Of a stretch of 64,000 nt of DNA, positions 11,466 through 24,210 are shown piece after piece. Under the pieces are notes generated by a model that saw only the letters and a program-made list of their open reading frames with translations, was not told the origin of the DNA and made no database searches. Position numbers and translations under genes: made by a program. The stretch's first letter is position 1. Every line of letters starts with the position of its first letter. The DNA is from Schizochytrium sp. TIO01 (lineage: Eukaryota; Protista; Bigyra: Labyrinthulomycetes), in the NCBI GenBank assembly GCA_004764695.1, contig SMSO01000035.1, positions 1,674,001 to 1,738,000 of the forward strand, read 5' to 3'.

Positions 11466-14108
11466 GCTGACCGGCCCGTTCGCAGAGCGGTAGCCGCAAG
11501 CGGCGCCTGGGAATACGAATATGCGGATTTATTTGCGTCAACTTGTCCATCAACAGCGCCCTCGAACGGCAGCTAGCTAGCTAGCTCAGAGTGACTTGGA
11601 ACCACGAATTCGAAACTTGGGACTCCCAGTGATGAGCCAAGGCTCGTTCCGGCCCTCAAGCAGCCTCGCAGCATAGGAGGAAGGAGCCCAAGGGCGACAG
11701 ATTGATTTCATGCGGCGATTCGAATAACTGGATGCGGGGAAATGCAAAATGTCATGGCGAATGTACGTGTGTGCGCGAGTGAGTGAGTGAGTGAGTGTGT
11801 GTTTGTGCGGGTACTTGGAGGGAGGAAAGAAGTACTTGGAAAGGAACCGAATGACAGATGGAGGATAGAGGACATGGAGGAAAACAGTCCCGAGGGAAAC
11901 TGATCGTGGACGCTGGAGAGAACGATCGACCAATTCATGAGGGGACTTTGCATGTGCAGCCAGAGTTCATCAACGCAGGTCCTGAAGGTGGTACAAGGCA
12001 GCCGAGGAGAGAGTAGATAGCTAGATAGCTAGCTAGCTAGCTAGCTAAGCAGCTCAAGCACATTATTTTCATAAAAACTGGTCACTGCGGTGGTCGGTTA
12101 GTCGGTTGGCGGACCGATCGGCCATAAAGCGCAAGGCCAAAGAGGAATTGCGTGTCTCGGAGAGTCCTTCGAGGTACCTTGAGATTGATGAAAAGATGAA
12201 AAGGAATGCAGCAGTACTGAGTTCCCCATACGCTGTAGATTAATTAAATGATACTGTATACTAAACAACTGCAGAGTATAGGCCTACCCAGGCTAGGGGC
12301 AAAGGACTCAGAGTTTATTTTTCATCGAACGGTTCAACTTCGATTTGTAAAGTGTAGAACGCGTAGGTACTACCCAGGAATTGGACCTTGTCTGCGCCCA
12401 AAGCATGGTCGCAACGCATGCTTTGTTCTTGAATTTCTTTTTAAGCTCAAGGACAAGGGTACTCTACTTGGCTGGCTGAAGTAAACATATGGCTCAGGAG
12501 CTAGCTCTCCAAAGAGTTTCTACGTTTACGTCTGTTGGTTATTATTGTGCTCGTTCACAATCTCGAGATGGAGCGCTTCAATTTGCTCATGCGTTTTAGA
12601 TTAATTGGAAAAAAAAGGAGAAAACAAATTCGATCAGATACTTACTCCTCATACCTCCTCATACTGTGTAGTGCATTGTTTTTTATTAATGAAGAAAAGC
12701 AGCCATCATCACGGTTAAACGATGCTACTTCGATCGATCGCTCGTTCGATATGCTTTAAAGCTCAACGCAGGCAGCACTCTGATAGACCTCCTACTTGGA
12801 GATTATGCAAGGCATATCATACATAGATACACAAATCGTGTTCTTGCAGTCTCAAGCACGAGCACATCCGAACTCCGCTCTGCCGATTCTGCGATCAATT
12901 GAGCGAATGATCAATCGCACTTAACTCGTATCCTAGTAGCTAGTATCTACTGCTAGTATCTACTGCGTAGCTATTCATATCTCTAGAGCTCAGGTACTGA
13001 CAGACTAGCGAGAGGACTTAGGTAATCCTAAGGCGAGGGTGAGTGACTCAAATCGTTGGTCGATTTTAATCCAAAGTCGTTCTATTTGCGAGTTTTTTAA
13101 TTCGCAATCGCAGTGTCAATGGCGCTCACGACAACAGTGATTCGGGGCGGCCAAGAACGCCGGAAACTCGATCCCGACGAGAGACTCGGTGATGGAGATG
13201 ACGGCGTCGAGTTCGACGCGCAAACCTATGCTGCGCAAAGCCTCCATATGTAAATTTGTGCAACATCTTGCCTCAAAGTTTGGAGCTGTTCAACGCGTAC
13301 TAGTCGCGATACTCAGGCAACTTGACTGCGCGAAGGGTCTGCGTATCTGTCTTTGAGGACACATACTCCCATTGTTATTCAAGTATGGTTATTTCTCTTT
13401 TATCTTTATCTATTTCTTTTTTGATTATTTAATTAATCAAAAGAGCTCTTCAAAGTTTCTAAAACAACTAATAAGAAAAACTTTAATCTTCTTTAATTTT
13501 CTTTAATCAATTCATAATTTTAAAATAATGATAACAATAATAAGTGGCAGTAGGTTCCAAAAAAAAATATGACAAAAGATCGATCATCGGAACAAACCGT
13601 AGGACCTCCCTAGCTCCTATTCTAGTGCTTTGAGTTCTGTTGTTTTGGACCTCGTGTTTTAAAAGAGGGCGTGGGATCCGCGACTTGCTTACCTCGCGCG
13701 CTTTGTGATCTTCAGGACCCGCAACAGATCGCAAACTCCAACTCTTCTTGGGATCGATCAGCTGATCGGTTGGCCTTCCCTCCTGCCTGCCTGGTAGAAG
13801 CAAGCGATACTACCTAATCTTCTACCTACTCAGCTCATATAATTCATTGAGCGAGCGCACACTGGCTGGAGTGAGGCAAGTTGGATCTGAGTGGACAAGA
13901 GCGACGACTTCAGGTTGGTCTTCGAGTTGAACGAGCACTTGATCCCGGAGACTCGTAAGCTGGAAATCGCATCTAAGACAGCCAGGATTGCAAGCTGAGT
14001 CTGGGGTCTGAAGGAAGACTCGGGAGCGAATTTGAGGTAGCTACCGATTGCCTCGTGCTTGCTGACGCCACTGCAGATTTAGGTGCGATTGTCCATTGTC
14101 GATTTCAG

Positions 14109-14155
14109 CTGCTCCTGCTGCTGCTGCTCCTGCTGCTGCTGCTGCTCCTGCTGCT
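14109..14155. repeat. Interrupted (CTG)n trinucleotide repeat
   Basis: CTG runs punctuated by CTC. Confidence 0.85.
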
Positions 14156-16855
14156 TCTCGTCTCGTGTAGACGCCATTAGCGCCCTGATCTGACGAATTT
14201 AGCTACTCCTCAAGAGCAGTTCGGTGGACCACGAGGCAGCAATTCTTGCAGGTACCCAGGTGGCACCAACTGCTTGTGCAAGCAAGCAAACAACCTTGCA
14301 AAAGTCGCGTGGACACTCGTGAATTTGATATCTTCGATCGCCTCCCTAAAATCGCCGCCGTTCTTCATCTTGCGGATCCTGGCGAAGGTCGTGGGTACTG
14401 AGCGAGCGAACGAGAGAGCGAGAGAGCGAGAGAGAGAGAGCAGGCGGACGAACCAAGTCCATTCCACTACACCGCAACGAGGCTGCATTCGTCACTTAAG
14501 TCAGCCTGTCAGTCTCTGCGTTTGGAGACATTCGCCCCAAAGACCGAAACGACTGCACTCTCAAACAAGAACTCAGAGTCAGGCAGTCGCACAAACCAAA
14601 AGTCTCTCTGCTCATTGTCAATTCACCATCTATCAGCTGCCCAGAATTATCCTTTGTGTATTCGAGGAGCACGGACGACCTGCGAAGCTGGCCAGAGCAA
14701 TACCTCCTTGCGAGAGAGCGGCGAGTTGACTTCTTCTTCTTCTTCTTCTTCTTCACCATCGATAAGAGAAGAGCCATCGATTAGAGCCATCGCCATCACC
14801 TGGATTGGAGATCTGACTTAGCGCGCTCGGCACTTCAGAGCGAGCGAATTAACCCGCGCAGGGCCAGCAAGAGTAACAGAAACCGCCCATTCAGCTGCGA
14901 TCCCTTTGGTCTGAAACCGAATTCCGAATTCTGAATCCCAAATTCTGGTCGAAGAGCAGTTTAGTTCGGAGCACCCCGTGTGACTCATAAACCGCTCCGG
15001 TTCAGGATTTACAACAGAACTTCGAGCCGCTCGCCCGCTCGAATCCGCCCACAGGCCGGAGCCCGCTTACCTGACTGACGCCAACCGCCTGCACCTCTGT
15101 GGCCGTGCATGCACCATCAGGCATCGAGATAGCTCAAACCTGTAGTATTTGCGTATTTGCTTTTGCTAATCCGGTGTGTGCGCAGGAGGTCGTGCATACA
15201 TACTATCGATCGAATTTGGGAGCCTATAGGCAGTACTAGAGGCTCTCTCTAGGGTGGCCCCTTTCTTTCTGTCTGCCGGTCTGTGTGCATAGAGTGTGTA
15301 CCGTGCATTTCCTTGCATAGAAATCTGGGGAAAGGAAGGGCCTCGGCTGGTATCTTCTATCTTTTCCTTGCTTCGGCCTGTTTTTGGTCCTTGATTCTGG
15401 AGGAGGAGGGGACGCTACGGCTGCCAGTTGGCAGGCCTGAAGAGATCCGGGAGTGCTGGCAGACTAGCTCTACATTTGGGGCAAGGAGAGGGCCCTGTGC
15501 TGGAAAAGGAGCAACAGTTAGTTGTCAGGATACCAACAAATAGACAAACAAACACACTAACTAAGAGCTTGGAGGACACACGTTTGGCCCTGCAGGACTT
15601 GCGATAAGAGCTTTGCTTAATTTTATTGTCTTGTGAGGGAGACATTCCTGCATAGCATTATAGCTGGCGTGATAAATAGTGCTGGCTGAAGGCTGCGAAC
15701 GAGCGAATTTAGCTGAGTCAAGACCTAAATTTGGTTGGCTTTCACTTACCTTTTGGTGGAAAGTTGTTTGGGATTTTGGGTATTATTTGCTCATTCTTTC
15801 ATTCTTTCGTTCTTTCATTTGTTCACGGCCTTTTCTTTCCTTTTCGATTTCTTACAATTTTGTAAAAGAGAAGTAAAAAGGACGAGAAAACACTTTGCTC
15901 GCAGTTTGGCTAAAGTTACTTCTAACGCTGAGCCATTCGCGTGCGTGGAAGCAGGAGCCGGCAGGGTCCTTGAATAGGACGTGCGCTCGAACGCAGAGTC
16001 CTCCGAGCTTCGATCTCTTCAAGTTCATTTGGGCCATCTTTCTGCTTTTTTTTGCGGACTTTCTTCTTCCTGTCTGTTCAATCGTGAGGTACATTTCTAA
16101 AAAAAGAGAAAGAAAAAAAGAAAGAAAAAAGGAAACCACGACGGTGGCACCATCACCCTTGCCTGCTAACGTTTAGCCTAAGGGGCTCCTCTAGGTGTTC
16201 TGTTCATCATACACAGCATACATAGTACTCTCGGAGGCAGCTAGCTAGGTGAAAGAACGCTCTCTTGATTGCGCCAAGGCTTGAGGAAACCTGCACTTCC
16301 GACTCGGGAGGCAGATCAATCCATTGATCGATCGACTCAACCAACAAACCAACCCACCCGCCCGTCAATCAGTCGGCTTTGAGCACGGCCTGGGTGCGAC
16401 TCGTCCGTGAGACAGCAGCCATATTTGCCAACTCCGATTCTTCGAGCAGCAAAGAAAGCAAGTCCTGCCTTGCAGTTAGCTGACCATACTACCTACCTAC
16501 TATTGGAAGGTAGTCAGTGAGAGGTCGGCCAGCTAACTAACTGTCTTCTCATTCGTTCATTCTTTCATTCGTTGGCTCACTCTTTCTATCACTAGCACTC
16601 GACTATCCGCCCGCTAGCAGGTGGTAGGCCGTGGAAACGTGGAGAGCGCACGTTTTGGCTTTCTTTAAGAATTTGTTTGAAAGTTGGCCTTTTCGTTTGA
16701 AAAGGACTCAGACTTCGTTCTTTCTTTCCTGGTGTTCGTTCTTTGGGTAGGAGTAGGTAGCAGACAGTAGGGCTGCAGCCGTTCCGAGGGAAGAAGGGAG
16801 GAAGAAAGAGAGAGGAAAAGAAAGGAAAGAAAGCCGAAGGGCCATAAATAAAATT

Positions 16856-16910
16856 AAAAAAAAGAAAAAAAGAAAAAGAAAGAAAGAAAGAAAGAAAGAA
16901 AGAAAAAAAG
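16856..16910. repeat. A-rich (AAAG)n microsatellite
   Basis: Directly visible. Confidence 0.9.
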
Positions 16911-17361
16911 ACGGAAATTAGAAGAAAGAAGTCTCACTTCAGTTCATCTCATTCTTCTCCCCTTCGCTCGCTCATTCATTCATCCATTCATTCATTCACC
17001 CACCGACCCACCCAGCTGAACAGCACAGAGCTGCAGCAGCAGTGGACTTCAGACAGTGCGACTCCGAAGCGGCTGTCCCTCCGGAAAAGCTCTGACGCTT
17101 GGCGGATTTGGACGTCGCTTTCTCTGATTGCTTCTGCGCCGCCATCTTCCATAAAGTACTACCCAAGTACTCCTTTGCTTTGGCTTCTTTGGTTTCTTTG
17201 GGTTGTTTGTTTGTTTGTTTGTTTGTTTGTTTTTTCTTCTCTCGAGCTGTGTCGTTGAGGGAGACCACCACCCCTAAGTAGGAGTCGACTAGACGCGGGG
17301 TAGGACTCGGAGAGCACAGAACGGCACAGCCCAGCGTGGAGTACATCAGAAGGGAAAGCAA

Positions 17362-18510
17362 ATGCTAATAATGCGGAAGTCTGAGCTGGACTTGGAGAAT
17401 CGACAAGGCACTGTGGACGCGAACCAGGAGACGACGGAATCCAGGGAGAGGACGGGTAAGAAAAGCTCTCGCGCAAGCCAGTCTGGGGCTTCTGCAGGCG
17501 GTGCAGGGGACTCGCCGCAAGGTGCTATGGAGGGTTATTCTGCGTATGACATTGAGAGAGGCGACTCGAGGGCTTCGTCCACAGAGCATCCTCATGGGGT
17601 GTTGCCGTACAGGGTGAACAGGCCCTTAGGTATTGTGCTTTACTATGGCCTGGACTGGTTGGCAACTATTGCGATTGGTATTACGTGCTACTTCTCGCAG
17701 CTTGGAACTCACACCGAGCGGTTCTACCTCGAAACAGACTACTCGTTTATGTACCCGTACCATGAAGATACCATCTCGGTGGCATTGCTGGCAGTCTTGG
17801 GATGCGTAGTTCCTATCATCATTGTCATCTTTGTGGAAGCCTTCTTCTTCTGGCGCATGCGCGCTTGGCCCGTGGTGCTTGATATGCATCACTTCGCTCT
17901 GAGCTTTTTCCAGGCCCATACCCTGGTGCAGCTCATTACAATTGTACTCAAGCGCTATGTGGGTCGCCTTCGCCCAAGTGCTTTTGCTCGACAGACAGAC
18001 AGCATTGGGGGTTGGAACGAGGCATATCCCAGTGGCCACACATCAATGATTTTCACAGGCATGATATTCCTTGCCTTGTTCCTCAGTGGTAAATTTGGTG
18101 TATTTAGCAGTCATGGTATTCTGTCTAGCATCGGCCCCATCCGCCAAGCAGACCCTTTCCGTGGTTCCTATATTCTTGGCCTCCTCTTTGTGGTTGCGCC
18201 CGTTTCTTTGGCACTCTATGTGGCAACCTCGAGGCTTGTTGACTATGCGCATGATTTTAGCGACGTTAATGCAGGAGCAGTTCTCGGAGCCTTTGGTGCA
18301 TGGTTCGCTTATAATCTCAGCTACCCGTCCATCTCGGATCCTCGTAGTGCTTTGCCGCGCCCTCTTGCTCACCTTCACCGTTTTGAGAAGGATTGGATCC
18401 AGTACTATCTTTGCAAGGTCGGCACTGCAGAAAATAACATGCCGTTGCAGTCTGCTCCCCGGCGCACGTCTGAGGCAGAGATGGCAGGCCTCGATCGTGA
18501 ACGCAGCTAA
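17362..18510 (+). CDS. PAP2-family lipid phosphate phosphatase (phosphatidate phosphatase type 2)
   Basis: All three catalytic motifs are present: KRYVGRLRP (KxxxxxxRP), YPSGH and SRLVDYAHDFSD (SRxxxxxHxxxD). Six TM segments. Start could be a downstream ATG. Confidence 0.93.
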   Translation: MLIMRKSELDLENRQGTVDANQETTESRERTGKKSSRASQSGASAGGAGDSPQGAMEGYSAYDIERGDSRASSTEHPHGVLPYRVNRPLGIVLYYGLDWLATIAIGITCYFSQLGTHTERFYLETDYSFMYPYHEDTISVALLAVLGCVVPIIIVIFVEAFFFWRMRAWPVVLDMHHFALSFFQAHTLVQLITIVLKRYVGRLRPSAFARQTDSIGGWNEAYPSGHTSMIFTGMIFLALFLSGKFGVFSSHGILSSIGPIRQADPFRGSYILGLLFVVAPVSLALYVATSRLVDYAHDFSDVNAGAVLGAFGAWFAYNLSYPSISDPRSALPRPLAHLHRFEKDWIQYYLCKVGTAENNMPLQSAPRRTSEAEMAGLDRERS

Positions 18511-19395
18511 ATTTCACTTTGAAATTCCATTTCTGTCAACCTAGATTTGGTAGCTACTTTAATCTTTGTCTTCCGTGAGGTCACTTTCTTGGGGCTAGCG
18601 TACGAAACCCGCGAGCCCCCCACCCACCCACAAATCTCTGGTGGCATGTTTTTTTCTTACTTCGAGTTGCTTCTTTTGTTTATGCCATGCTGTCCAATAC
18701 TGGTGAACCAGTAATGATTATTATTACGTTTTTGTGATAGGCCAACCTGATTTTCTGTGTGCGCACTCGATCCGTCCCATTTTCTTTTCCTAATTCCATA
18801 TATTTTGTCTTCAGACTGTTACCGGTCATTGACAATCGACAGTAAGAGGTCTTACTAATATAAAAAAATTCAGTGTTTTTCTTTCAAACATTAAGCCATC
18901 GGAATGCTTTATTCATTGATAGTCGTCAGGCAATATGTCAAAACATAAGATGGATAAGTTGGAGCCCAAAACTTACCATATTATAGTCATTTACAGTAGG
19001 GGCATATGCGCCGTTTGCTTCAACTTTGGTTAGTCAATGGCATTTTCCTTATTCTAGGTTTATGAGTGAAAGCTGCCTGATGCCGGGCTGTATTTGAAGT
19101 TCGAGGAGAAGACAGGCATAAACAGATTCAACAAGTCATATTAAAAATCATTCGCAAGAGGGACCACTTCGTTTCAAAGAGTACAAGTTTTCTTAAAATC
19201 TAGCTACTCCTTTTGGTAGATGTGCAAATAAGCGTCATCAGACATCATCAGTTTTATTCTACTAAAACTAACAAAGAAAAAAACAAAAAATGGTCATGAA
19301 TACAGTATTAAAATGGAAAACAACAGGGAGGAAATGATCAGTGAGTAATGTATCTGGGACAAATTTGCAAGAGATGTCTTTTCAACAAACTACCA

Positions 19396-20607
19396 TTACT
19401 TCTTCTTGCCACCCTTCTTGCCCTTTTTCATATTCTGAACCAGAAGACGGCCTTGGTAGCCACGGAAAAGCTTTTGAATTGAAGCAGCGCCATAATCGCG
19501 TGCACGATCATCAGCAGTTTGCTCGTAAACAAATTTCGCCCATTCTTCTTCTTCTTTTGCAATGCGCGCGTTTTCAGTATCGACCCTGTCAAAGTGATCT
19601 TCTAACTGATTAACACGTTTGATTTCTGCATCATAAAGTTCTCGAAGCCGGTCAAGCTGGTCCTTTTTCGCACCAAGCTCTACATCATATTTATCAATTT
19701 CTGCATTAGCCTCAGTCTCTGCTTTACCCTTTTTCTTCGCCAACCCTGTTTCCTTTTCTTCCATGTCAAGGGTTAACTTGTCGAGTTCCTCAGTCAGCTT
19801 TGCCTCTTCGGTGCGTAACTCAGTACAGACCTTATTGTGCTCATCATCGAGCTCCTTCCGTTGGTTTCGAATCTCATTTGCAAGATTGGTCTCTTCTTGT
19901 TCTGCAATTTGTTTGATATCGCGAAGTTCAGCTTCAAGCTTGCGAATATGAGCGTCCATCTCACTTAAAGTACGATTCCGCCCCCGTCTTGCGATTGCAA
20001 GCTCTGACTGTAACGTGGCTCGGTCCTCCTCCGCGTCATGCTCACGAGTAGCAACGTTTTGCAACAGCTCCTTCTCGGCATGCTCCTCTTCTACGGTAGT
20101 CGTAAGAGCACGGAAAACAACATTTCGCAATCCTGCAAGGCAATCAGCTAGCGCTTCACTTGTGACTTCACGTACAAACATTTTATCATGATCACTTCCA
20201 CTTAAATCAGCCTTCGATTCACTCATGTGAGAGATTCGATACTCAGGAGCACCATCATCTGCTAGTTTTGCCTCCTCTCGTGCAACAATATCCTCGAGAA
20301 CCTCGTTTGCGTTGTGGTCATCACGGAGTAGGCGGCAAAGCGTTCGTGTGTTACCCCGAAGCTTTTTCTCGATCTGTGCAAGAACATCTGTACTCCGGCG
20401 TCGCTCTTGTGCTACAACTAGAGCCTCTTCGAGTTGGTATTGTGACTCAAGACTATTTAGTACTTGTGTGCAATTTTTCGTCTCAAGCGCTTGAAAGATT
20501 GTGGCGCTTGCCAGCTCTGGCACCCTTGCAAGACAAGCAAATTGCTCCAGAGCATCGCCGAGCACACTAATTACCCTCTGTGCCTCCACATGTGACAATT
20601 TCTCCAT
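19396..20607 (-). CDS. DRC10: Dynein regulatory complex subunit 10 (IQ domain-containing protein D)
   Basis: First ATG at 20607 (MEKLSHVEAQRV), long E/K/R coiled coil with IDKYD, C-terminal IQ motif (AASIQKLFRGYQGR) and KKGKKGGKKK tail typical of IQCD/DRC10. Confidence 0.85.
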   Translation of the reverse strand: MEKLSHVEAQRVISVLGDALEQFACLARVPELASATIFQALETKNCTQVLNSLESQYQLEEALVVAQERRRSTDVLAQIEKKLRGNTRTLCRLLRDDHNANEVLEDIVAREEAKLADDGAPEYRISHMSESKADLSGSDHDKMFVREVTSEALADCLAGLRNVVFRALTTTVEEEHAEKELLQNVATREHDAEEDRATLQSELAIARRGRNRTLSEMDAHIRKLEAELRDIKQIAEQEETNLANEIRNQRKELDDEHNKVCTELRTEEAKLTEELDKLTLDMEEKETGLAKKKGKAETEANAEIDKYDVELGAKKDQLDRLRELYDAEIKRVNQLEDHFDRVDTENARIAKEEEEWAKFVYEQTADDRARDYGAASIQKLFRGYQGRLLVQNMKKGKKGGKKK

Positions 20608-21329
20608 TTTGCTATCAAGTTCTGTCTGACTTCTCAACTTGGCTCTAATTCTAGTCAAATGTTGGTCTTTATCGCTTCAAATAGCCTCGTGATGCAATCA
20701 GTTGGCTGCCCTTGTCAGCATGCCCTCACCTGCTGCTACAACGGGATGACCTCCGTAATTGTAAAACTGCTGCACCCCGAAGTTTCTTCCCAGCTCGCCT
20801 CTGTTGACGAGCCACGTCTACTACCCTGTAAGTCTTCGCCGGTATCTCACCTCTTCTTTAAAGACTATTTCAGCCTGTACGAATACTGTTGCAAAAGCCT
20901 ATTCAGTGCCAGAATAGCAATGTATGAAGCAGCTCCAACATAAGCAACAGCATTAGAAACAGGAGGAGAAGTAGAAGCAGAACTTTTCCTTCGCTCTACT
21001 TCTCCTACAATTCCTAAACACCTCTCGTCGCACACTCTCAAAGTCAGGGCACGTGCCCGCGGGATGAACGGACAAATACAGGCGCTGGTTTGCGCCGAAG
21101 TTCTGCAATCCCTAGTCTTTGGGGCACTATTGGAAGGTGTAGCAACGTTTAACCACCCAATCGAGGGCGCAGAAGAGACAAGGCGAGAGCAGGGGGGTAG
21201 GATCCGAAGGCGCGGAAGGAAGGGGATGGGGGGCATAGGAGAATAAGGCGCAGGCGACAGAAGTGGCCAGACAGACCGCAGACGGAGACTTGTTGACGCC
21301 GTAGCAGCCGACGCACGCAGCTAGCCACC

Positions 21330-22170
21330 ATGCAGAACGACGCCGGTGATAACGTGGACCTCTACATCCCGCGCAAGTGGTACGTGCCCTCGCCCTGACA
21401 CCTTTTCACTTTGGATCTGCCGCATGCGGCCCATGTGGATGCATCATGAGGACCATCGCCCGCCCAGCCAGCCACAGACGGCCCCTGCTTTTTAATACGC
21501 AGAGGTACTTCTTCATAGAATTGAGACGTTTGAGCTAGAAGGGCGAAAGATTTCTTGAGGTGACTTTAGACGGAGGCGCAGATGATTCGCGAGGAGAGTT
21601 TTGCAAGGCTAGGCGGTGGTTGGCACCAGCCCGGTCGCAACGTTTAACTTGCTCAACTCTTACGGCGTGAAAATACTGGCCCAAAGAAATCTTTTCGATG
21701 TGGATGATGGTCCAGAATGAATGACTCCCGTGGAGAAGAAATAAAGATGAATTATGCGGAAGGTGAATAAAGTTTTGACTCTCAAGAATGGGAATTGGAA
21801 ACACTAACGAATGACTGCTTTGTTTATATACTCGCTTACTTTGATCTATTGGCGCTGCATCGATTGTGTCCTATGGATTAACTTTCCTTTGCTCTGCTTC
21901 ATTGTGTACCAAATATTATGATTTGGTTTGAATCAATTGTGTACTTTGTATGTGGAACAATCTGGTGAGAACACTCATAGCTCGTGGACCAAGAGGCTGA
22001 TCACCTCCCAGGACAAGGGCTCCGTTCAGATCAACGTTGGCCACGTGGACCCAGAGACCGGCCTCTACACCGGCAAGTTCACCCCCGTTGCTCTCAGCGG
22101 CTTCATTCGCTCCAAGGGCGAGGGCGACTTGGCCCTCACCACCCTTGCATCCAAGATCCAGGAGGAATAA
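21330..22170 (+). CDS. RPS21: 40S ribosomal protein S21 (eS21); exons 21330-21379 and 21981-22170
   Basis: Exon 1 encodes MQNDAGDNVDLYIPRK plus TG; splicing at GT..AG restores the Cys codon and continues SWTKRLITSQDKGSVQINVGHVD, the canonical eS21 sequence. Strong C-ending codon bias. Confidence 0.97.
21380..21980 (+). other. Spliceosomal intron of RPS21 (601 nt, phase 2)
   Basis: Donor TG|GTACGT and acceptor CTCATAG|C; removal gives an uninterrupted eS21 frame. Confidence 0.93.
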
Positions 22171-23442
22171 ATAGATTATTGCTCTGAGTATTTTGACGCT
22201 GCTGTCCTATTAATCATGCCGTAGGCAAACATTCTCTCGAGTAGCTTCATTCCATTCTTGGTAACGCGCAACTGTCCATCCTCCCTTCCTTATCTTGCTC
22301 GTTGTGCCTGTTTTGTCGCGTCCCTTGATGACTTTGTAATGGCAATGCTATGAAAGATATTCATTCTTGCAGAAACTTCGTGACAGACTTGAGACTTTTT
22401 ATTTGGCAACCACTTTTACACTTGAACTTTATCCTGTGCACTGTTTCATGCATGAAAGGTACTCCTTATTGGTGAAACAGTGTCTGATTAATTGTAATGA
22501 CACTGCCTTGGCTTACTGACGAGCGTCTGAAGGCTTTAGGCTACCTTGTACGAAGATCGTCATCACAGAAGGAATAAAACCTTCCTTGTTAGGTTGAACC
22601 TCCCATCAACAGAGCGACGCCTTTGCAGTCTATGGGTTTCTTTCTTCTTTGTATATTCAATGCGTGTGCTCCGACCTCAGAAGGATTTTTGAACTAAATT
22701 CTGTGTTAGCAGGTAATGTCACAGAAGTTTGAAAGCTAGTCAAAATGATTTTCACTTTATCGTCCTTAGATCTAGCTATCATGTCAAGATAGCTTCATAT
22801 GATCATCGCAACTGAAAGCGAAATCCAAAGAATGAATACGAACTTTTATGGTGTGAAAATTCTCTCGTACGTAAAATTTTGAATGTAGTAGGGTAGAAAA
22901 TAAAGTCAATCGCAAATATCAGGCGCAAAAAATATGAAAGGTCTGAAATGGATGTGTTTTACAAAATTTACTACGTGGTCAACCGGATTTAAGATTCATG
23001 AACCCTAAGCAACGAAATTATAGCATTGCCAAGCTTGAATGATTTTGCTGAGACAAATATAATTTCAAGATGGACATGGAGAGACGACGTTGCCAGCATC
23101 CGCTGAAAATAAAACACAAAGTGATAATCTTAACCAAAAGAGAGGGGAGCGCACTACTCTCACTCAGTTGGGTATCACCTTGCCGTCAACTGAGCACAAC
23201 CTAATGCGTTGTGCTAGAATAAGCCTATTATAAGTCCTGAATGCACATGTCTCAAAAGAGCGCGTCAAGCAGGGCAAAATTGATGTGCCAAGGAGGCCAG
23301 GTGGGCCTAATCGCTGGAAGTCATGGTCTTTCAAATGAAGAAAGTAGATGGATAAGAAAGTGGGGGCGATGTATGAGGAACTAGGTCTCGTCTGGAAAAT
23401 GATGTTGAAGCGAATACCCTTGCCAAGATAGTGCGTAAATTT

Positions 23443-23472
23443 GAGCAAGCAAGCAAGCAAGCAAGCAAGCAA
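23443..23472. repeat. (AGCA)n microsatellite
   Basis: Directly visible. Confidence 0.9.
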
Positions 23473-23688
23473 AGTACAGTATCATCTTGCACATAATCAC
23501 TACGAGGCATTGCTGCATTTGCAGAGATCGAAAATAACCATTTGCAAACTACAACCCAATTATCTGAGCAAGCCAATAAACACAATCGAGCTTTAACGAC
23601 TCAGTTATATGCACCCCAAAACCATGCTTCCCTAAACACATACTCTTGCTCTCCTCCGGGCAAATGTCATCTTCGAGAAAAGGCTTGT

Positions 23689-24210
23689 CTAAAACGATGC
23701 GGCAAATGCGAAGTACGCCCATGCCGCCACACCTACAAGCGGAATAGCTGCCTTGGCACCCATTGACACTGGGGAGGTAACCTTAACCTTGCGAGCCTGC
23801 TTGCGGAGGTCGCGCTCAGCCTGGTTCTTGGGCGTCTGGTTGAGCTTGGAGCGATAGAAGTGCTGGTTCTCGCGAATCATATAGTTCGAACTACGATTGA
23901 GCCCACCCGCCTCGGGCGAAGACCCCATGTGCGCGCCCCATGAGCTAGTATCAGCAGCTGCATTGGCAGCCCCCTTGGGCCCAGCGCTGGCACCAAGACC
24001 GTGCTCGCGGTCATACCGCGAGCGCTGTTGTTGGTCGCCTAGGACCTCCCAGGCCTCTAGCACACGAACAAAGTCCTTGGCGGAGTCCGACCGTTGGGAG
24101 ACATCAGGGTGGGTGTCGCGGGCCAGCTGCTTGTAGGCTTTCTTCACTTCCTCCGCGCTGGCATGTGCTTCCACACCCAAAACATCGTAGTGCGACCTGC
24201 CATCCCGCAT
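23689..24210 (-). CDS. J-domain (DnaJ type C) protein with C-terminal membrane anchor
   Basis: HYDVLGV...VKKAYKQLARDTHPD...AWEVLGD...RSRYD J-domain with the HPD motif, and a hydrophobic C-terminus. A 5' exon carrying a targeting peptide may be missing. Confidence 0.88.
   Translation of the reverse strand: MRDGRSHYDVLGVEAHASAEEVKKAYKQLARDTHPDVSQRSDSAKDFVRVLEAWEVLGDQQQRSRYDREHGLGASAGPKGAANAAADTSSWGAHMGSSPEAGGLNRSSNYMIRENQHFYRSKLNQTPKNQAERDLRKQARKVKVTSPVSMGAKAAIPLVGVAAWAYFAFAASF

Noticed and set aside
10851-11576. 241-aa ORF and overlapping minus-strand ORFs
   Set aside because: Composition is driven by GC-rich repeats (SKSKSK from TCGAAA); no recognisable motifs.
21380-21980. Intronic snoRNA in RPS21
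   Set aside because: Only imperfect box C-like motifs (GATGATGG) with no downstream CTGA box D or terminal stem visible; a covariance search would be needed.
21928-21980. Track start of the 80-aa RPS21 ORF
   Set aside because: Lies within the intron; the true start is ATG 21330.
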